Shown here: positions 58,012-64,000 of the stretch, in pieces
Layout of the letters: every line of letters starts with the position of its first letter
Position numbering within the stretch: position 1 is the first letter of the stretch
Assembly: GCA_977017575.1 (NCBI GenBank)
Contig: CDRNVI010000056.1
Location: 384,884-448,883, forward strand
Reading direction: 5' to 3'
Origin: Paramoeba atlantica
Taxonomy: Eukaryota; Protista; Discosea
Length of the DNA: 64,000 bases
Notes under the pieces: generated by a model
What the model was told of the DNA's origin: nothing
Databases searched by the model: none
The model's input: only the letters and a program-made list of their open reading frames with translations
Position numbers and translations under genes: made by a program

Positions 58012-58776
58012 TTACAATACCACTGCAATCAGTGCCATTAGCGCAATTCCTAAACCAAAGTAACACACACTAACCATTGAGGCATCACCAACGTTACTAC
58101 TTAATGCTTCATCCATAGCAACATATAGGAATGTACCTGCAGCAATCGCACTAAATATCGCTAACATTAATTGCCCCTGTGGCGTGGTGAGATACATATG
58201 TAAACCATATCCCATTAACATTCCTAATGGGGTCATCCAGGCAAAGAAAATCACAGCGTACCACAATTGATTTTTGGATAATTGGCAACGACGCATATTA
58301 ATGAGTAAAGCAAAGCTATCTGCACCTTTGTGTGCAATGATAGCGGTTGCAATGGCAACTGTATTAGCAACACTATCACTAATCCCCAACGCACCACCTA
58401 AAATGATAGAGTGAATACACAATACCAATAATAATAAATACGGTTGTAAATGCCGATGAATTTGTGATGAAGTATGTTGACAAATACGCAATGCGGCTTG
58501 TCGTAATAAATATAATAACCACACGGTGACAATCGCAATCACAAAGGTATATGGATAAGTGACACGACCTAATGCATCATGTAAACCCTGCTCTGCACTG
58601 GGTAACATGTGGATGATTGCTGCACTTAAGAAAATACCACGAGCAAAGGCTTCACCATCGATCAACCAACGGCGTGCATTGGGTTTGTCTCCCAATACAA
58701 TTGGCCAAGCACCGCCGGCCACACCAACTGCAAAAATGATTAATGCTAAGCTAATCATCATATTGTTTGTCTGCAA
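58012..58776 (-). CDS. ZIP-family Zn/Fe permease
   Basis: GIFLSAAIIHMLP, IHSIILGGALG, AIIAHKG, AGTFLYVA motifs. Confidence 0.88.
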   Translation of the reverse strand: MQTNNMMISLALIIFAVGVAGGAWPIVLGDKPNARRWLIDGEAFARGIFLSAAIIHMLPSAEQGLHDALGRVTYPYTFVIAIVTVWLLYLLRQAALRICQHTSSQIHRHLQPYLLLLVLCIHSIILGGALGISDSVANTVAIATAIIAHKGADSFALLINMRRCQLSKNQLWYAVIFFAWMTPLGMLMGYGLHMYLTTPQGQLMLAIFSAIAAGTFLYVAMDEALSSNVGDASMVSVCYFGLGIALMALIAVVL

Positions 58777-58806
58777 AACCTACCGTAAAAAACAGCTCTC
58801 GAGATA

Positions 58807-59229
58807 TTATTCTCGCTCAGCATTACGATCATCAAAGTCATTTTCCTGTCGATCACCACGTTCAATATGCAGGTGGGCATTCTCAACGTCATCACGATCA
58901 ACATCAAGACGACCACTATCATCTTTTAACAAGGCTTGATCAGCATCATCTTCTGGGAGCACACTGACCGATGGTAATGGATCAACTTCATCATCAGGAT
59001 GATAATTATGCTCGATCACATCTGGCTCAAATTCACCACGTTGTGCATCATATTCAGCATACTGATCACCAGCAACCACTTGCGTAGCTCCTCTGGTTGG
59101 ATTAATCACTGCTTGCTGCGCTCGCTCAACCGTGGCAGATGATAACTGAGTACCCGAATGATTATCACTGGTATCACACCCGGTTACCAGAATAATTAAT
59201 GCAATAATAAATACTAATTTATGCCTCAT
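58807..59229 (-). CDS. Hypothetical acidic lipoprotein
   Basis: Signal peptide with lipobox VTGC; start overlaps the tatD stop; Asp/Glu-rich C-terminus. Confidence 0.7.
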   Translation of the reverse strand: MRHKLVFIIALIILVTGCDTSDNHSGTQLSSATVERAQQAVINPTRGATQVVAGDQYAEYDAQRGEFEPDVIEHNYHPDDEVDPLPSVSVLPEDDADQALLKDDSGRLDVDRDDVENAHLHIERGDRQENDFDDRNAERE

Positions 59230-60025
59230 GTTGCGCCCCTCCTATGGCATCATTAAACAACCTAATATAATTCTCTGTCGTCTTTTGTGCAATTAATTCT
59301 AAGCTTACCCCACGTAATGTGGCAATATAGTCTGCCACATGATAAACATAAGCCGGCTGATTGGCCTTACCCCGATACGGTACGGGGGCCAAATAGGGTG
59401 AATCTGTTTCAATTAATAAACGCTCTAGTGGAATGGTTTTAGCAACAGCTTGCAATTCGGTTGCATTTTTAAAGGTAACAATACCAGAAAACGAAATATA
59501 ACACCCCATCTCTATTGCTTGTGCTGCCATTTCTTGGGTTTCGGTAAAACAATGCATCACCCCACCAACGCGATCAATACCTTGTTCACGCATGATTGCA
59601 ATTGTATCTTCACGGGCATTACGCGTATGAATGATCACTGGCTTTTGTAGCGCTATCGCCGCTTGAATATGAGTACGAAACCGATTTTGTTGCCAGGTTA
59701 AATCACCTTGTTGACGAAAATAATCTAAACCAGTCTCACCAATGGCTACCACATTGGGATGTTGTGCTAGTTCAACTAATTCATCCACCGTAACTTCATG
59801 GGGATCATCTTGTTCATTGGGATGAACACCAACTGATGCGCTCACATTAGCAAATGTATCCGCAATACGTAACATATTCGGCAAATCACGTAAATTAACC
59901 GCAACGCATAAGCAATGGTGCACATGGTTAGCACACGCATTAGTTAATACATTTTCCATTTTCCCGTCAAACGCAGTGAGGTCGAGCATATCAAGATGAC
60001 AATGTGAGTCGACTAATTGTAGCAT
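59219..60025 (-). CDS. tatD: TatD-family metal-dependent hydrolase (YcfH-like)
   Basis: DSHCHL, GVHP, IGETGLDY, IHTR, GVMHCF, ETDSPYLAP motifs. Confidence 0.95.
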   Translation of the reverse strand: MLQLVDSHCHLDMLDLTAFDGKMENVLTNACANHVHHCLCVAVNLRDLPNMLRIADTFANVSASVGVHPNEQDDPHEVTVDELVELAQHPNVVAIGETGLDYFRQQGDLTWQQNRFRTHIQAAIALQKPVIIHTRNAREDTIAIMREQGIDRVGGVMHCFTETQEMAAQAIEMGCYISFSGIVTFKNATELQAVAKTIPLERLLIETDSPYLAPVPYRGKANQPAYVYHVADYIATLRGVSLELIAQKTTENYIRLFNDAIGGAQHEA

Positions 60026-60038
60026 AGTGGGGTTGTCA

Positions 60039-60393
60039 TTAAATCGTGTCCGTTGGTTTATCACTGTCTAACATACCAGCTAAGGCTAATTCTATTTTTT
60101 CACGCACAGTACGTCCCAGTTTACCTTGTAGTTGTACACCAATACCACGTTGACTACTGCCAGATTGTTGCGAAACTACCCAAACTATTTTTGCTTGCAA
60201 GCGATGTGGTTCCGATTCATCTAATAACCGTAAGGATAAAAAAAATTAAATCACCCAATGCAAACGTGCGCGTGGTTGGAATGAATAACCCACCCCCTGT
60301 TACAAATTTCATATAAGCACGATACAATTTTTCTTTATCAGTCAGTTCCAATGACAAAACGGGGGTATCAGCAGCAGGTTGTTTATCCATCAT
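60039..60393 (-). CDS. pilZ: PilZ (type IV pilus assembly protein), +1 frameshift in A8 run at 60238-60245; absent from the ORF track
   Basis: LSLELTDKEKLYRAYMKFVTGGGLFIPT...LGD, continuing after removal of one base as LIFLSLRLLDESEP...KIVWV...GIGVQL...KIELALAGML; conserved position between holB and tatD. Confidence 0.85.
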
Positions 60394-60422
60394 GTATCAA
60401 CTTATCATGCCTTACATTACTG

Positions 60423-61449
60423 TTAATTAGCTAGACGATACCACTTCACCAATAAACTTTCCAATAATAATTGCTGATTGGGGTTGGCTGCACTATTCAA
60501 CATACCACGTGTGTTGGTTAATTGATCAATAAATGTAAATAGCTTACAAATAAAATGAGATACATCGATATCAGGTACTACTAATGTTGACCAACTAGCC
60601 GGTAAACACTGCGCATGACCATGTAATTGCCACACTAAACCACAACAGGCACGGATCCACTGTGTGATTAGATCATCGATGGCTTGCGTCATCCAAGTTT
60701 GCGCAACCATCACTGGCGAACACTGTTGCTGAAAGACCATTTGCAGCGCCTCTAACCACTGTGTCATTTGTTCAGTTAATTGCGGATCACTAGCGATTGC
60801 CAATGCCGTTAATGGTGCTCCATCACTGACAGTTAACCATTGTTGACACTGGGTTAATGACACATCCTGATTGGCTGCTTGTAACGTTTGCTGTAACCAC
60901 GCACTGCTTTTTTCAAGTGGCGGCACTTGGAATACCACGTGTATACAACGACTGCGTAACGTAGCTGGTAAACTCATCGGTTGTGCAGTGACTAACAACA
61001 ACACTGTATTGTCTCCTGGCTCTTCTATTATTTTTTAATACACTGTTAACCGCTGCTGTTGTTAAACAATCCGCCGGTTCAATCACTACTACGCGAAAAC
61101 CGGCATGCTGCGGGGTTTGCTGTAACGATTGTAACATTACACGCACTTGATCAATTTTAATTGTGCTGGCGTTTTGTTCTGGGTAAACGTGGTAATAATC
61201 AGGATGTGTACCTGCTTGTTGCCAACGACACGCCTGGCAATGCCCGCAGGGTACTGTTTCATCCTGTTGTTCACACAACAATATCGCGGCACAATAGCGA
61301 GCTACTCTCTGTTTACCTAAACCCGGTAACCCGCTTAATAATAGGGCATGAGGCATCGTTGCTGTTTGCTTGGCTTGAACCAATTGGGTGAGGTCCATGC
61401 CACGCATTGATACAGGGGGCAATATAGTGTGATCAATCTCAATACTCAT
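60423..61449 (-). CDS. holB: DNA polymerase III subunit delta', +1 frameshift in T6 run at 61031-61036
   Basis: HALLLSGLPGLGK, PCGHCQAC, THPDY, IKIDQVR; removing one base restores NSVLKIIEEP and joins to LPATLRSRC. Confidence 0.92.
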
Positions 61450-62078
61450 AACACCTCTGCTAATACCGTTTCAATTGATTGCTGTACCGCTGATAAACTG
61501 GCACTGGCATCGATCACGCGAAAGCGTTGTGGTATTTGACGTGCGCGTTCACGATAACACTGATGCACTCTTTCAAAAAACGCAGTATGTTCTTGCTCAA
61601 TACGGTCCATATCACCCCGAACAGCAACACGTTGTTTACCCACAGCAACCGATGCATCCAACAATAATGTTAAATCAGGCCAACAATCACCGTGTAACCA
61701 TTGTGCTAAATACTCAATGACATCTGTAGATAATTCCCTGCCTGCGCCTTGATAAGCAAATGTTGCATCGGTAAACCGATCACAAACAACCACTTTACCC
61801 TGTTGCAATGCTGGCTGGATAACCATTTCTAAATGTTGTGCACGTGCAGCAAAGGCTAACAATAATTCGGTATTAGCAGTTACTACTTCTGCTTGAGGTT
61901 GTAGGATCACATCACGGATCTGTTCTGCAACCGGTGTCCCACCAGGTTCACGTGTCACAATATAAGAACGTTGTTGTGCGTCTAAATAACGGGTAATCGA
62001 TTCAATCGCGGTTGATTTACCAACCCCTTCGCCCCCTTCCAATGTTAAGAAAAATCCAGATGCAACAGTGTCATTCAT
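61446..62078 (-). CDS. tmk: Thymidylate kinase
   Basis: TLEGGEGVGKST, TREPGGT, CDRFTDATFAYQG, DRIEQE motifs. Confidence 0.97.
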   Translation of the reverse strand: MNDTVASGFFLTLEGGEGVGKSTAIESITRYLDAQQRSYIVTREPGGTPVAEQIRDVILQPQAEVVTANTELLLAFAARAQHLEMVIQPALQQGKVVVCDRFTDATFAYQGAGRELSTDVIEYLAQWLHGDCWPDLTLLLDASVAVGKQRVAVRGDMDRIEQEHTAFFERVHQCYRERARQIPQRFRVIDASASLSAVQQSIETVLAEVL

Positions 62079-63148
62079 GATGATGGGCCTTGCGCTTGAG
62101 TTGAGTTAAGCTGATAGGTTACCACAGCTTGGCGATGCGCTTTAAGTGTTTTTGAAAAATGATGCGATCCATCACCTTTGGCAACATAGTAATAATAATC
62201 CGTTTGTGCCGGATGTAATGCTGCATCCAGTGCATCAGCGCTGACTAATGCAATCGGCGTTGGTGGCAAACCTCTATGCAAGTAGGTATTATACGCCGTT
62301 TTCTGGCGTAGATCGGCACGTGTTAGTTTGACTTTGGGTTGCACTAATTGACGATTAATACCGTATAACACAGCCGCATCAATTTGCAACGGCATACGAT
62401 CGCGCAATCGATTCAACATCACACTGGCAATCAAACGCCTTTCATCTGCAATGCTAGCTTCCTTTTCAATTAATGATGCCAAGATTAAGGCATAATATGG
62501 GGTTGGATATGGCAAATTAGTATCACGAGTTTGCCAAGCATCAGCTAACTGTTGTTGCATGCGTTGATAAGCCCGTTGCAAAAACTCATAGGCAGTGGTT
62601 CCCTTTGGAAACGCATAAGTATCTGGATAAAACAACCCTTCAAGGCTTGAGTGCGATACTGAAAATTCGGTGCTAATCGTTTTGAGTAATTGTTCTGTTG
62701 AATCGGTATGGGTTAAATTGGGATTTGCCCTCACTGCATTGAGTAATTCTGTTATTGTCCAGCCCTCAACAAGCGTTAACAAATGCTGCAGTACATCGCC
62801 TTGGGTCAATTGATCTAATACCATTGTAGGTGTTGCTTGATACGATAAAGCATACTCTCCCGCTTGTAAATCATGGGTTCGATTAGTAAAGCATGCATAC
62901 AACACAAAATAATTTGGATGGGTTAAATAACCACGTTGTTGTAACTGTTGTGCAACCTGCGACATACTCATGCCAGGTAATAATTCAATGAGTACCGTTT
63001 CATCATTGTTAGTTGTCATTGTTGTTGGCGTTAATAACGGTGTGTGCAGGAAATAGGTAAAACGTATGATATGTGACAATACAAAGCCGATTAAGATAAG
63101 TCCAATGCCAAGCAACACGTATCCCAAGAAGACTGTTAACTTTCGCAT
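62075..63148 (-). CDS. mltG: Endolytic transglycosylase MltG (YceG)
   Basis: N-terminal TM, LQAGEY, TLVEGWT, LEGLFYPDTY, ILASLIEKE, MPLQID, YNTYLHRGLPPTPI motifs. Confidence 0.96.
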   Translation of the reverse strand: MRKLTVFLGYVLLGIGLILIGFVLSHIIRFTYFLHTPLLTPTTMTTNNDETVLIELLPGMSMSQVAQQLQQRGYLTHPNYFVLYACFTNRTHDLQAGEYALSYQATPTMVLDQLTQGDVLQHLLTLVEGWTITELLNAVRANPNLTHTDSTEQLLKTISTEFSVSHSSLEGLFYPDTYAFPKGTTAYEFLQRAYQRMQQQLADAWQTRDTNLPYPTPYYALILASLIEKEASIADERRLIASVMLNRLRDRMPLQIDAAVLYGINRQLVQPKVKLTRADLRQKTAYNTYLHRGLPPTPIALVSADALDAALHPAQTDYYYYVAKGDGSHHFSKTLKAHRQAVVTYQLNSTQAQGPSS

Positions 63149-63999
63149 TAAGTACCCTCAACTAATGGACAAAAACTATAAGGCGCCACCCATGATTGAC
63201 AGTGACGCACTACATCAGGAACTGGGTAACACTGTGGTACAGGCGTCTCAATGCGTGTTACCGGCCACACACCAATTAATGCATTCGTCATGAATATGGC
63301 ATCCGCATCGCGTAAATCCTGCGGTGTAATCGTTGTTTCAGTCACAGTGTAATGATGTGTGCGTAAACAGGCTAACACATGGGTACGCATCACCCCACGC
63401 ACGCCACTGTGATCGAGTAATGGGGTATAACAACATCCTGCTTTGATCATAAATACATTACTCTTCACACCGCTGACTACATTGCCTTGCCAATCACAAC
63501 ACCACCCTTCTTGTGCAGCGGGATATTCTTTGGCTAAAGTCGCTGCTGCTAACACATTCTCCAAACGATTAAGGTGTTTGATCCCGGCTAAGATAGGCTG
63601 CATGGTTAATGGGTATGCCAATGGTGCCAAACTGATCCCGGTTTGCCAATGGGTAAGTGGCCAATTCGGCCGTGGGTAAACACTGATGATCTGCTGTGCA
63701 GGTTTGCCAGTTTGAGGGAGATAACCACGACGATGGGCTGCACATTCATCACGAATAAAGGTAACTTTAATCACGCCATCTGGTTGATGTTGTGCAGCAG
63801 CACAGACATCTTGATAACACTGTTGCTCGTCGGGAATCGTAAAACACAATGCATCAGCAGCCTGTTGCAGGCGCGCCCAATGATACTGCCACAATTGCAC
63901 TTTGGCATTCAGTACAGCGATTGTGGTAAATACCCCATCACCGTATGCTAAACCACGATTGGGTAATGTAATGTGATCAGCAGGTTCGCCGTTAATAAA
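63148..63999 (-). CDS. pabC: Aminodeoxychorismate lyase, 5'-partial at window edge
   Basis: FINGEP...NRGLAYGDGVFTT, GIKHLNRLENV, GVKSNVF, GVRGVMR, FMTNAL motifs; directly upstream of mltG-tmk-holB. Confidence 0.93.
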   Translation of the reverse strand, partial: FINGEPADHITLPNRGLAYGDGVFTTIAVLNAKVQLWQYHWARLQQAADALCFTIPDEQQCYQDVCAAAQHQPDGVIKVTFIRDECAAHRRGYLPQTGKPAQQIISVYPRPNWPLTHWQTGISLAPLAYPLTMQPILAGIKHLNRLENVLAAATLAKEYPAAQEGWCCDWQGNVVSGVKSNVFMIKAGCCYTPLLDHSGVRGVMRTHVLACLRTHHYTVTETTITPQDLRDADAIFMTNALIGVWPVTRIETPVPQCYPVPDVVRHCQSWVAPYSFCPLVEGT

Positions 64000-64000
64000 C

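Overview
This window holds two unrelated kinds of DNA. Bases 1 to ~54,627 look like an intron-poor unicellular eukaryote. They contain a PIP5-kinase gene, four paralogous short LRR genes, a hairpin- and MITE-rich non-coding zone with 5S-like and tRNA-like Pol III relics, and a defective pogo-type DD35D transposon with intact TIRs. These are followed by a 2.2-kb 18-bp satellite and a ~33.8-kb tandem array of a ~1.49-kb unit carrying one tRNA-Ser(TGA) gene (21 full-length copies plus 1 truncated). One unit is interrupted by a young, 5'-truncated RTE-like retrotransposon carrying RNase H (13-bp TSD). The array breaks mid-unit into ~170 near-perfect copies of GAAGAAAGAG, a candidate non-canonical telomere. 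From base ~54,628 the sequence is gammaproteobacterial: rsmI 3' end, ACT-malic enzyme, POT transporter, ZIP transporter, lipoprotein, and tatD-pilZ-holB-tmk-mltG-pabC. The simplest reading is a eukaryotic chromosome end (genes > TEs > satellite > tRNA array > purine repeat) mis-joined in assembly to a co-cultured or endosymbiotic bacterium; true integration cannot be excluded from sequence alone. No searches or folding programs were run. Family assignments rest on motifs read by eye, and neither organism can be named.
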